Origin: Malacoraja senta
Taxonomy: Eukaryota
Direction: 5' to 3'
Assembly: GCA_038087875.1 (NCBI GenBank)
Contig: CM075991.1
Span: 9,984,001 to 10,048,000, forward strand
DNA: 64,000 bases
In this document: positions 23,736 through 35,855 of the stretch, in pieces
How the letters are laid out: every line of letters starts with the position of its first letter
How positions within the stretch are numbered: position 1 is the first letter of the stretch
Notes under the pieces: generated by a model
Seen by the model: only the letters and a program-made list of their open reading frames with translations
Database searches by the model: none
Told to the model about the DNA's origin: nothing
Program-made: the position numbers and the translations under genes

Positions 23736-24008
23736 GTTTAAGAAGGGACTGCAGATGCTGGAAAATAGAAGGTAGACAAAAGTGCTGGCAAAACTCAGAG
23801 GGGACGGACTTGAAGGGCACGGACTTGAAGGGCCGAGATGGCCTGTTTCTGTGCTGTTATGGTTATATGGTTATATATGGTTATATGGGTGAGGCAGCAT
23901 CTATGGAGTGAAGGAAATAGGCAACGTTTCGTGCCGAAACGTTGCCTATTTCCTTCGCTCCATAGATGCTGCCTCACCCCTCTGAGTTTCTCCAGCACTT
24001 TTGTGTAC
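23736..24008. mobile_element. Penelope family-B inverted pair containing a nested CR1 3' tail (about 23803-23887)
   Basis: Inversion centre ggcaacgtttcgtgccgaaacgttgcc; flanks ccttgagaaacaagg / ccttgaggaacaagg. Confidence 0.75.
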
Positions 24009-24672
24009 CTTGAGGAACAAGGACTGAGAAGCGACCCACTGAGGCTCAGGAGGCAGCGAGGAGCAACGGTGTGGCTGACCGGAGATAAGGGGTTCGGTGC
24101 ATCATCAGAAATGGAAGGAACTCCCACGGAGGAGGCCAAACAGACATGCCGTCCCACCAAGGACTGAGAGAGACCTGGCACCTCTCAAAATCCAAATATG
24201 TTTAATATTCCTGTCTGCTTGGCAAAGTTCCCGGCATCGACACTGATACAATCCCAGTGTTCCGGATCATCATCAGACTTTTCCTGTACAGTCCACAGTA
24301 TTTTTCTTTATTTCCTGAGCAAATTTCCTTTGTTTCTTCCTCTGTACTCACAAGAGTGTGCGTGTTAAAAAAAAAAAAACAGCCAGCTAAATATGGCAAG
24401 TTTGATCACTGTGACTTCACTGACCCACAGGTCTCATTGTTCGACCGGTTGTCCCGCACACAAGAACACCCGGAGACATGTTTGGCTGAGACGTCGACAC
24501 TTTCAGGAATAATTTATGTTGGTCAGAGTGGACCCTGGGCTCTTTGTGTCTCTTCATTGGAGTTAGCGCCAAATACACTCTCAGATTCGTTTTCAGTTAT
24601 AGTTTTGGAGATGCAGGCCCACCGAGACCGCACTGACCAGCGATCCCCGCACACTTTTACTATCCCTCACAC

Positions 24673-25051
24673 CAGGCACGGAAATCGCTGGCAAAACATG
24701 CGGGGGACACAATTTCTGGGCGGCCGCGCGCGCATGCATGCGCATACACACGCGCGCATGCGCACACACATGCACACACGCGAGGCTTCGGCCGTGGGCT
24801 TAAATCGACCCGTTCATGGGATCTTTCATCGGCCGGCGGAGGCTTCAACTTCGGGAGCCTTGATCGCCTCGATGCAGCAGTTTGATTTTAAGCCGCGACG
24901 GGCGCTGAAAGGCCACGCGAACGGGCCGATTCAGCCCTCAGAAAGCGGCTGATAAAGTCCGGATGACAAAACATAGGGGAGATCATCCCCCACCTCTCAA
25001 AGCAAGGGGGGGGACGTGTCCCCTCTGTACCCCCCAGGATTTCCGCCCCTG
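24673..25051. mobile_element. hAT-type non-autonomous DNA transposon inserted into an HE1-like SINE
   Basis: TIRs caggcacggaaatc / gatttccgcccctg; perfect 8-bp TSD cctcacac (24665-24672 and 25052-25059). Confidence 0.85.
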
Positions 25052-26679
25052 CCTCACACACTAGCGGCAATTGACATTTGGTACATGTGACAAATAAAGG
25101 TCTCTTGTCTTGTCTCTCTTGTTATACCAAGACAATTAACCTACAAACCTGCACGTCCTTGGGGTGTGGGAGGAAACCGAAGATCCCTGTAAGGCAGCAA
25201 CTCCGCTGCTGCGCCTTTTACTCTTGAAACTTTGGTCATCTTTTTGCAATATTACAAATGTGAAAATCTAGTTGGCTGGAACGCTGCAGCACCGTTGGGC
25301 ATTATTATAATATGCGTAGTAAACGTGAGTATTACTACACCAAAAAAAATAATCTCTGGTCACATTACAGGTGCCATATATTTACACATCGTTGTTGTTC
25401 TCAACAAAGATGATCACATTTCCCTTGGATCGCTGGAACAGGAGGGAGTCATTTGACCACTCGACTCCCCCGACTGATTCCCAACAGGTTATGGCTGGGC
25501 TATGATCTATTATAGTGAGAGGTGTAGATAAACAGTTGGCTTGGTGCCTGTCCCAGATCTGAGTGCTACATCCTCGCACACATCTACTGGGGCTTGCACG
25601 CCAGTGGCCATAAATACTTGCCAAACCTTCAGCTTGCAAGGGTAAACAGATGTTTTTTTTTTTAAAGGGTCGTACTCAGCCCAACGACTGTGGCGCAGCA
25701 GTAGACTTGCAGCCTTACAGCGCCAGAGACCCGGGTTCGATCCCGACTACTGGTGCGCTCTCCCCGTGGCCTGCGTGGGTTTTCTCCGAGTGCTCCGGTT
25801 TCCACCCACACTCCAAAGAGGAAATTGGCTTGGTATATAATTGTAAAATTGTCCCTCGTGTGTGTAGGATAGCGTTATTGTGTGGGGGGGTTTGCGTGGA
25901 CAAGGTGGGCTGAAGGGCCTGTTTCCGCGCTTTATCTCCAAACTAAACTAGACTGGGCGGGTATAGTTACAGCACATCTCTGGCTGGGGAGATGACCAGT
26001 TAACTGGCCTCAATGGGGGGCCCCCAAGCACAGGCACTTTGGTCGGTCTGGGCTGACAGAGGAAAATAATTGGGATTTGCTCTCCAGGTCAGGCCACACT
26101 CTCCACACTGACTGTGGGCGGGACAGCAGCAAACTGTAACCCCCCCCCCCCCCCTTCTCCTGTCAACGTGCTGACATTGATCTCTTGTGCTTCAGGGGAC
26201 CGACACTTTGGTTGGGAAGGCAGGAGAGGGTGGTGGGAGCTGGCAGCAAGTCTGCAGGAACATTACCAGGCAGCCTTCACTGGAGAGGAGGGATGAACAT
26301 TGGCCAAAGCAACGCAAAAATCCTGTTCTATTAAAGTTGAAAGCGTTTGCTTTGTATCACGACTAGCAGTAAGAGACCTCCCTCTGGAGGACATTTCACA
26401 GTCAAGGCAAAATCCAAAATTTACTCGGCGTTGGACATTCCAAGGTCAAATTCCTTTGCAGTAAAAGAAATTGGATGCAGGAGATCTGGCCTTGGAGACT
26501 CTGTGCAATGCCAATTAAAAATCTCCTTATTGATTCAGAATGTTGGCCTGCCTCGCCTCTGTTCAGCTGCACACCTCCAGTGCTTCCAGGTCTATCCCAC
26601 CTTGCTGTGTGTTTCCTCAGCCACAGGGAGGAGCCGGCGAGCCAGCTCCTCATTCACATCAACCCACCGCTCGTGTGGA

Positions 26680-27062
26680 AGGAAGGAAGGAAGGAAGGAA
26701 CTGCAGATGCTGGTTTCAACCCACGATAGACGGAAAAACTGCTGGAGTAGCTGGACAGCGGGACAGGCAGCATCTCTGGAGAGAAGGAATGGGTGACGTT
26801 TCGGGGTGGAGAGCCTTTTCTTCAGACTGAAAGTCACGGGGAAAGTGAAACGAGAGATATAGACGATGTAGAGAGATAAAGAACAATATGAAATGAAAAA
26901 TATGCAAAAAAAATTAACGATAATAAAGGAAACAGGCTTTGTAGAATTTTAAATTGCATGGGAGATGTAGCTGAAGAAGGGTCTCGACCCGAAACGTCAC
27001 CCATTCTTTCTCTTCAGAGATGCTGCCTGTCCCGCTGAGTTACTCCAGCATTTTGTGTCCAC
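26680..27062. mobile_element. Penelope pseudo-LTR inverted pair; intact hammerhead core at 26971-26998 (+)
   Basis: ctgaagaagggtctcgacccgaaacgtc; reverse copy at 26700-26830 followed by 3' UTR sequence. Confidence 0.8.
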
Positions 27063-28548
27063 CTACGCCAACACAACAGTCCCTGTTCCCCAACCTTCGT
27101 GAATGCAACACCTGGGAAGTCTCTGGACTTGTCCCCCCAGAATCTCTGGGAAATTCCAGGGAGATGCTTGGGAATACAGCGGAAAATTCCCAGGTCACTG
27201 CAGGTGAAGAGGGTCAGTCATTCTCTGACTATCTCCAGGTCCCTGAAGGTGGACAGGGTCCGCAACCAAGAGTCCACGGCGCGCCGACAAGGTGGCCGAA
27301 AGATTAACTCATTCCAGTACAAGAGATCCTTAAGTTGTGGCTTGGAAATCTGCCCTTAATCAATGTGGTGTTTAGAGTTTAGAAAGACACGGCACGGAAA
27401 CAGGCCCTTTGGCCCATCGAATCCACGCCAGCCATTGACCACCCATTTACACCAGTTCTATGATATCCCACTTTTGCATCCATTCCTCACACAAGAGGCA
27501 ATTTACAAAGACCAATTAATAAAGTCACTAATGAAGTTACATTTAAGAAACCGTTTGGTATAATGGTGTATGGACATACTGATCAGTTCTGTATTCGTGC
27601 CTTCTATACTCTGTTGTGCTGATGCAAAGCAAGAATTTCATTGTCCTATCTGGGACATATGACAATAAACTCTCTTGACTTGACTTGGTATGTTTCTGAA
27701 GAGATGGCATTTACAGATATTTAGGCTTAGTTTAGTTCAGGGATACAGCGTGGAAACAGGCCCTTTTCGGCCCACGGAGTCCACACTAATCACCGATCAC
27801 CCGTACACAGGTTTTATTGGTTAACCCACTTTCGCTTCGCACTAGGGGACAATTTGCAGAAGCCAATTGACTTGCAAACCCGCACGTCTTTGGGAGGTGG
27901 GAGGAAACCGGAGCACCCAGAGGAAACCCACAAGGTCACATGGGGGACATGTAAACTCCACACAGACAGCAGCCCCGAGGTCAGGATCGAACCCGGGTCT
28001 CTGGAGCTGTAAGGCAGCGACTCCACCGCTGCGATTCACCAGATGCAGAGGCAAATGAACCGAAAATGGAACAATTAAACTCATACTTGCAGCAGCATAA
28101 CAGATATGTAAACATAGTACTCATACATAACACAATAAACAAAAGGCTTCATTAATTAAAAAAAATAATATGAGTGTAAACCAAAAGCCAGCAAGCCCGA
28201 GTGCAACCAAGACAGTTTGCAGTTTGTAGCTTGGTTAGTGTTTGTAGTGTTAGGGGCTTCATGGTTGTTTGGAAGAAGTTATTCCTGGACTTGGACGTCA
28301 CAGTTTTCAGATTCCTACACCTTCCTCCTGATAGCAGGAGTGAAATAAGAGCATGGCCAGGGTGGTGTGGGTCCCTGAGGATGCTGGCTGCCTTTTTTAA
28401 TGCTTTGCTTTCTATAGATCCCGTCGATGGTGGGAAGTACCCTGATGTACAAAAATAATCCATGATGGATTGGGCAGTATTCACCATTTATTGTCATCTC
28501 CTGGGCGTTTAAGTTGCCGAACCAGGCCGTGATGCAACTAGTCAATAT

Positions 28549-28958
28549 CATCATCATCATCATCGGTGGTCACTCGAAACGAGTATGACTGGCCTCTTTT
28601 GGGAGGACGCCTGTGCGTGACTTTGTTTAACGTGGGGAGACTGGTGCACAGACAGCCACCTCACGGTCCTTGACAGATCTGGGTCAGGATCCAGTGGCGT
28701 GGAGTCCAAGACGACCGGGGACCCTTTTCTGCTGCAGCCTTCATCCGCCTTCCCAGCCGTTGTGACGCTCCACTAAGGTCAGCCATCGTCCTCCGCCTGT
28801 TCCACCGTTGAGGTCTTGGTTGGATTGCTCTTTGTCAGAGACCTCCCCCTCGACCTTACCGCCATGGGTGGCCCTACCAGGAGCATAGCTCCAGACGGCA
28901 TCGCTCTCAGGACCAGACAAGCTTCTCCACCACGACAAGGTAACAATCCACTGAGAAG
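28549..28958 (-). mobile_element. Bipartite RTE-derived non-autonomous retroelement (copy 2)
   Basis: Perfect 12-bp TSD actagtcaatat (28537-28548 and 28959-28970); (GAT)n tail. Confidence 0.88.
28822..28958 (-). ncRNA. HDV-like ribozyme fold at the 5' end of the RTE-derived element (predicted)
   Basis: P1 CUUCUC(A)/(G)GAGAAG; P2 GGAUUG/CAAUCC; P3 ACC/GGU; L3 UUGUCGU; long P4 region; J4/2 CAAA with C at 28834. Second copy at 1637-1774. Confidence 0.55.
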
Positions 28959-29271
28959 ACTAGTCAATATGCTCTCTATCGTACAAATATAAAGGTTCAA
29001 GAGAGCAGTCATCAACATACCAAATCTCCTCAATCTTCTGAGGCAGTAGAGGTGCTGATGGACTTTCTTTATGATTGCATCAATGTGTTGGGTCCAGGAC
29101 AAATCTTCAGAGATATGCATACCCAGGAACTTGGTTGTTGACTTTCTCCACCACCAACCTGTCAATGGACACAGATTCGCGAATCCTTAACATGCCTCTT
29201 CCGAAGTCAACAGTCAGCTCCTTGGTCATACTGATGTTGAAAGGAAGAAGGGTCTCAACACGAAATGTCAC

Positions 29272-29792
29272 ATAGATACATAGAAAATAGGTGCAGGAGT
29301 AGGCCATTCGGCCCTTCGAGCCTGCACCGCCATTCAATGTGATCATGGCTGATCATCCAACTCAGTATCCCGTACCTGCCTTCTCTCCATACCCCCTGAT
29401 CCCCTTAGCCGCAAGGGCCACATTTAACTCCCTCTTAAATATAGCCAATGAACTGGCCTCAACTACCTTCTGTGGCAGAGAGTTCCAGAGATTCACCACT
29501 CTCTGTGTGAAAAGTTTTTCCTCATCTCGGTCTTAAAGGATTTCCCCCTTATCCTTAAGCTGTGACCCCTTGTCCTGGACTTCCCCAACATCGGGAACAA
29601 TCTTCCTGCATCTAGCCTGTCCAATCCATAAGAATTTTGTACGTTTCTATAAGATCCCCTCTCAATCTCCTAAATTCTAGCGAGTATAAGCCAAGACTAT
29701 CCAGTCTTTCTTCATATGAAAGTCCTGACATCCCAGGAATCAGTCTGGTGAACCTTCTCTGCACTCCCTCTATGGCTATAATGTCCTTCCTC
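29272..29792 (-). mobile_element. Young CR1 LINE 3' fragment nested in a Penelope pseudo-LTR
   Basis: Nearly identical to 30749-31280. The pseudo-LTR gaagggtctcaacacgaaatgtcac resumes as cgaaacgtcacctattcc at 29793. Confidence 0.88.
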
Positions 29793-30748
29793 GAAACGTC
29801 ACCTATTCCTTTACTCCAGAGATGCTGCCTGACCTGCTACATTACTCCAGCATTTTGCGTCTTTCTTCGGTGTAAACCAGCATCTGCTGTTCCTTCCTAC
29901 GCAGTTATAGTTTAATTTAATGTATTATTGTCCCCTGTACCGAGGTAGAGTGAAAAGCTTTTGTTTGTGTGCCAACCAGTCAAAGAAAAGACCAAAGATA
30001 AACACAAAAAGCTGGAGCGATTTGGCGGATCAGGCAGCATCTCCGGGGAAAAGGAATGGGTGACGTTTCGGGTCGAGACCGTTCTTCAGACTGAGAGTCG
30101 GGCCGAGACCGTTCTTCAGACTGAGAGTCAGGGGAAAGGGAAATGAGAACTATTGGCGATGATATAGAAAGATATAGAACAAATGAATGAAAGATATGCA
30201 AAAAAGTTACGATGATAAAGGAAACAGGCCATTGTTCGCTGTGGGCTAGGTGAAAACAAGTTACAGACAACGAGACTCAACAGGCTATAAAAGACCATAC
30301 ATGAACACAATGAAGCTGACTACAGTCCAACCAAGGTTGTTGTTCAGCCACCATTCTTAAGGTCATAAGGGATAGGAGTAGAATGAGGTCATTCGGTCCA
30401 TCAAGTCTACTCCGCCATTCAATCATGGCTGATCTATCTCTCCATCCTAACCCCATTCTCCTGACTTCTCCCCATAACCTCTGACACCCATACTAATCAA
30501 GAATCTATCTATCTCTGCCTTAAATATATCCACTGACTTGGCCGCCACAGCCTTCTATGGCAAAGAATTCCACAGATTCACCTCATCTCGTTCCTTAAAG
30601 AACGTCCTTTAATTCTGAGGCTGTGACCTCTGGTCCTAGACTCTCCCACTAGTGGAAACATCCTCCCCACATCCACTCTATCCAAGCCTTTCACTATTCT
30701 GCACGTTTCAATGAGGTCCCCCCACATTCTTCTAAACTCCAGCGAGTA

Positions 30749-31618
30749 CATAGATACATAGATACATAGAAAATAGGTGCAGGAGTAGGCCATTCGGCCC
30801 TTCAAGCCTGCACCGCCATTCAATATGATCATGGCTGATCATCCAACTCAGTATCCCGTACCTGCCTTCTCTCCATACCCCCTGATCCCTTTAGCCACAA
30901 GGGCCACATCTAACTCCCTCTTAAATATAGCCAATGAACTGGCCTCAACTACCCTCTGTGGCAGAGAGCTCCAGAGATTCACCACTCTCTGTGTGAAAAA
31001 GTTTTTCCTCATCTCGGTCTTAAAGGATTTCCCCCTTATCCTTAAGCTGTGACCCCTTGTCCTGGACTTCCCCAACATCGGGAACAATCTTCCTGCATCT
31101 AGCCTGTCCAACCCCATAAGAATTTGTACGTTTCTATAAGATCCCCTCTCAATCTCCTAAATTCTAGCGAGTATAAGCCAAGTCTATCCAGTCTTTCTTC
31201 ATATGAAAGTCCTGACATCCCAGGAATCAGTCTGGTGAACCTTCTCTGCACTCCCTCTATGGCTATAATGTCCTTCCTCAGATTTGGAGACCAAAACTGT
31301 ACGCAATACTCCAGGTGTGGTCTCACCAAGACCCTGTACAACTGCAGTAGAACCTCCCTGCTCCTATACTCAAATCCTCTTGCTATGAAGGCCAACATAC
31401 CATTCGCTTTCTTCACTGCCTGCTGCACCTGCATGCCTACTTTCAATGACCGGTGTACCATGACACCCAGGTCTCGCTGCTTCTCCCCATTTCCTAATCG
31501 GCCACCATTTAGATAATAGTCTGCCTTCCCGTTTTTGCCACCAAAGTGGATAACCTCACATTTATCCACATTATACTGCATCTGCCAAACATTTGCCCAC
31601 TCACCCAGCCTATCCAAG
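30749..31618 (-). mobile_element. Young CR1 LINE ORF2 C-terminal fragment (frameshifted), nested in another CR1 copy (30357-30748 plus 31619-31670)
   Basis: LDRLGEWANVWQMQYNVDKCEVIHFG...RDLGVMVHRSLK...LYRVLVRPHLEYCVQFWSP...RRLRGDLIETYK; (tctatgta)n tail. Confidence 0.92.
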
Positions 31619-32485
31619 TACGGGCCCAGTGCCGACAAACGGTCATCGTAGGCTAACCTATTAATTCAATCGGACGATCGATCTCCTTGCTATACTCTGA
31701 CTCATCATTATCTGTAATCCATCCAGCAATGGTGGGTGTCGTTGCTGAATTTAAAATGGGTGGTCAGTTGAATGACTGTGGGATTGATGGTAAGGATCCA
31801 ATCCCTTGCGACAATTCTCGATCCCTCTGGTGCAAGGCGCAGATATCACCAGCTGACCTTAGCTGGAACTCAGCACCACCAACGGTTTAATTTTGTGACT
31901 TGCACACCAGGTTAAAAATGTCAAACCACCAAGCACATGTGGCAAAAAAAAGAACACCAATTTAGTCACTCTGTTTGTTATTTTCTCCTCCAGATATCGG
32001 AGTTCATCTCTGCAGTTCCACGATCCCAATCTGTCCCGGGGGATCAGCCCACCTCCATATCGTTCATGGTGGTTTTCACTGAAAATCTGCAAGGCTCAGC
32101 ATTCCCTGGGCATTTTCCCCAAACAAAGCTCCTCGACACTGCCAAGTAATCAGCGCAATCCTTAGACAAACACGGCTGGAGTGAGCCGCAGAATCCACCA
32201 GAAGAAGAATGAGATTGAGTGTAGGAGGAGAAGCCCATTTGCGAGCCAAGTGAACTCAGGATTAACATAATGGACTCCCACACACAGATGTTGCCTGGTT
32301 TTGTTTATATCAGAAACTATCTCCAGCATAAGACCACACCAAAGTCTGTTATTAAATAGTCCAAGTTTGTAAGTTGACCATGCAAATAGTACATAACCAG
32401 AATCTTATTGAAAAGCTCAAGGATTCTGCGTGGCTATACCATCGTTAGAAGATAAAACCTTCCCACCGTATCTACTGTACTTGAC

Positions 32486-33145
32486 GGCACGGTGGTGCAG
32501 CGGTAGAGTTGCTGCCTTACAGCGCCAGGGACACGGGTTCGATCCTGACTATGGGTGCAGTCTGTACGGAGTTTTACAATAGACAATAGACAATAGACAA
32601 TAGGTGCAGGAGTAGGCCATTCGGCCCTTTGAGCCAGCAACCCCCTTCCAAGTGATCATGGCTGATCATCCCCAATCAGTACCCCGTTCCTGCCTTCTCC
32701 CCATATCCCCTGACTCCGCTATTTTTAAGAGCCCTATCTAGCTCTCTCTTGAAAGCATCCAGAGAACCGGCCTCCACCGCCCTCTGAGGCAGAGAATTCC
32801 ACAGACTCACCACTCTCTGTGAGAAAAAGTGTTTCCTCGTCTCCGTTCTAAATGGCTTACTCCTTATTCTTAAACTGTGGCACCTGGTTCTGGACTACCC
32901 CAACATCGGGAACATGTTTCCTGCCTCTAGCGTGTCCAAACCCTTAACAACCCAAATGTTCTCCCTCTGACCACGTGGGCTTTCTCCGGGTGCTCCGGTT
33001 TCTCCTACATTAAAAAATGTGAAGGTTTGTAGGTTAATTGGCTTCTGTGAATTGCCCCTGTTTGTAGGATACTAGCGTATGGGTGATCGCTGGTTGGCAC
33101 GGACGCAGTGGGCTGAAGGGCCTGTTTCCACGCTGAATCTCTGAA
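32486..33145 (+). mobile_element. HE1-like SINE interrupted by a CR1 3' end (32575-32950, minus)
   Basis: SINE head ends ...gtacggagttt and resumes tgttctccc at ~32957; the CR1 has a (ctattgt)n tail. Confidence 0.8.
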
Positions 33146-33676
33146 CAACACTTGAGTTTGATTTGATTGTATTTATGTATAGCATATCTGATCTGTTTGG
33201 ACAGCATATAAGACAAAGCTTTTTGCTGTACCTTCGTACTGTATATGTGCCAAAAAGAAACCTAAACCCCAACCTAAGGGTGCCACACAGGTGGAGCTGC
33301 AGCCTCACAGCACCAGAGACCCAGGTTCGATCCCGACCTCAGGTGCTGTCTGTGCGGAGTTTGTACGTTCTCCCTGTGTCCACGTGTTGTTGTTTTTTGG
33401 GAGCTCCATTCCAACATTCCACATTCCAAAGACATGCAAGGGTCTCGACGCAAAACCTCACCTTTTTCTTTTCTCCAGTGATGCTGCCTGAGCTGCTGAG
33501 TTACTCCAGCTTTTCGTGTCTATCTACGGTTTGCAGGTTATTTGGCTGTAAATTGTCCCTAGTTTGGTGCAAAGGTGGGGAAAGTAGAACTAGTGTACAG
33601 GTGATCGCTGGTCGGCGTGGACTCGGTGGGCCAAAGGGCTTGTTTCCACGCTGTATCTCTAAACTAAATCTATCTA

Positions 33677-34135
33677 TCTTCTATATACTTTTAAAACTCG
33701 CTGGCTGTCGTCCGTCTGTACATCTGTACGTCTGTACGTCTGTACGTCTGTATGTCTGTACGTCCGTACGCCGCCTTTGATACCGCCCCTGGCCCACACA
33801 GCGCGCGGAAAGGCCCATATTTTTTACCATTTCCAAAGAGATGACATTTATCTTTACCAATAGCCACTCTTGATTAAATTCGGTCCTGTTTATGTACACG
33901 TTTTTTAATAAAATCCATCCCCCCCCCCACCCCATGTGATTTTCTCCGATTGTCTCCGATTTTCTCCGAAAACGACGCCATCTTTGTTTCGCCGATTTTC
34001 TCCGGTTTTTTCCGAAAACGACGCCATCTTTTTTTCCACGATTTTCACCCGTGGTCTGAAGCACGTTCGGGAACAACACCCCGGGGTGTCAAGCACTTTC
34101 GGGGACCAGACCCAACGGGTCTGCACTTGGTCTAG
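33677..34135 (+). mobile_element. Non-autonomous Helitron
   Basis: A|TCTTCTATATACT 5' end; (gtctgtac)n subterminal repeat; 3' hairpin cagaccc-aac-gggtctg (34107-34123); CTAG|T end; no TSD. Confidence 0.85.
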
Positions 34136-34795
34136 TATACTATTAAAAGTCTCGTCTTGTTTGTCTGTCTGTCTGTGAGATCAAGGAACTGCGCCAAAAC
34201 GGTACACAATAGCGCAAACATTTTTGCAGAATCCTACTCAGCTTTCAGAAACACATCCAACTGTTTCTTAAACATGAAACCTACTTTAATGGCTATAGCG
34301 CTGGCTTATTCCACGATTATCTCAGAGTTAGACAAATTCCGTCCGATTTCCTGTGCTTCATCTCCAATTTTTAACTTGTGTTCTTAGTATTTGAATCTTT
34401 TGCCACATTGAATAACTTGGCCCGATCAACTCTTTCAATTTCCTTAAAAAATCTTGAAGGCTCCAAACCAGAACATGTATCCGTTCCAAAGGAAACAAGA
34501 GAAATCTTCTCAAAACTAGAATTATTTTCGTTCCCAGAATAATCACTGTGCATTCCACTGAAGCTCAACAAAGGCGATGCCGATCTCTTTCTGATTAGAT
34601 AACAGAAGTTGCAGACAACAATCCATACTTGGTCAGATTAATCAAACCAGTACACATGCATGTGAATTGGAGACACAAGAGAAATATGGAACCGTGGCTT
34701 AAAATATGTTGCTGCACTCTTTTATCAATGGATACCGAGATTATGTTGCCAAAAGATAGCAGGGCAACATGGCCACAGCGAGCAACACCGAAATT

Positions 34796-34995
34796 NNNNN
34801 NNNNNNNNNNNNNNNNNNNNNNNNNNNNNNNNNNNNNNNNNNNNNNNNNNNNNNNNNNNNNNNNNNNNNNNNNNNNNNNNNNNNNNNNNNNNNNNNNNNN
34901 NNNNNNNNNNNNNNNNNNNNNNNNNNNNNNNNNNNNNNNNNNNNNNNNNNNNNNNNNNNNNNNNNNNNNNNNNNNNNNNNNNNNNNNNNNNNNNN
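34796..34995. other. Assembly gap (200 N)
   Basis: Run of N. Confidence 1.
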
Positions 34996-35277
34996 AAACT
35001 GAATCCAAATTTTCTGACTTGGAGGTAAATTATGTTACTGTGTGAGACATTGGTGTGAAGCCCCAATAATAGACCTCTCTAATCTAAGTTTTTATAGAGA
35101 TACAGCATGGAAACAGGCCCTTCGGCCCACTGGGCCCATGCCAACCATTGATCACCCATTCACATTAGTTCTAGCTTATCCCACTTTACACATCCTATAC
35201 ATTAGAGGCAACTTACAGTGGACAATTAAATGCCTTTGCAACGATATACATTAGCATGTAGCTGCATAATTAGCATC

Positions 35278-35855
35278 CTTCTGCAGTTGTACAGGGCCCT
35301 AGTGAGATCACACCTGGGGTATTGTGTGCAGTTTGGGTCTCCAAATTTGAGGAAGGACATTCTTGCTATTGAGGGAGTGCAGCGTAGGTTCACAAGGTTA
35401 ATTCCCAGGATGGCTGGACTGTCATATGTTGATAGGATGGAGCGGCTGGGCTTGTACACTCTGGAATTTAGAAGGATGAGAGGGCATCTTATTGAAACAT
35501 ATAAGATTATAAAGGGTTTGGACACGCTAGACGCAGGATGTTATGGGGAGTCCAGAACCAGGGGCCACGGTTTAAGAATAAGGGGTAAGCCATTTAGAAC
35601 GGAGATGAGGAAAAACTTTTTCACACAGAGGGTTGTGAATCTGTGTAATTCTCTGCCTCAGAAGGCAGTGGAGGCCAATTCACTGGATGTTTTCAAGAGA
35701 GCGTTCGATATTGCTTGGAATCAAGGGATATGGGGGAAAAGGCAGGAATAGGGTACTGAATCTGGATATTCAGCCATGATCATATTGAATGGCGGTGCTG
35801 GCTCGAAGGGCCGAATGACCACTCCTGCACCTACCTTCTAAGTTTCTATGTTTCT
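35278..35855 (+). mobile_element. CR1 LINE ORF2 C-terminus plus 3' UTR
   Basis: LLQLYRALVRSHLGYCVQFGSPNLRKDILAIEGVQRRFTRLIP...RTEMRKNFFTQRVVNL. Confidence 0.9.

Larger units (their letters stand above)
28070..29240 (-). mobile_element. Rex1/Babar-type LINE fragment, split by the RTE-derived insertion
   Basis: TKELTVDFGR...KFLGMHISEDLSWTQHIDAIIKKVHQHLYCLRRLRRFG...CTIESILTS|CITAWFGN...ILRDPHHPGHALISLL. Confidence 0.9.

Noticed and set aside
31619..31670. CpG-rich 'extra' DNA at the 5' end of the young CR1
   Set aside because: It is the continuation of the host CR1 copy (30357-30748) into which the young copy inserted.
31994..32145. Possible 152-nt exon with a good acceptor and GTAAT donor
   Set aside because: No recognisable protein in any frame; isolated.
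34595..35066. ORFs spanning poly-X
   Set aside because: Artefacts of the assembly gap.
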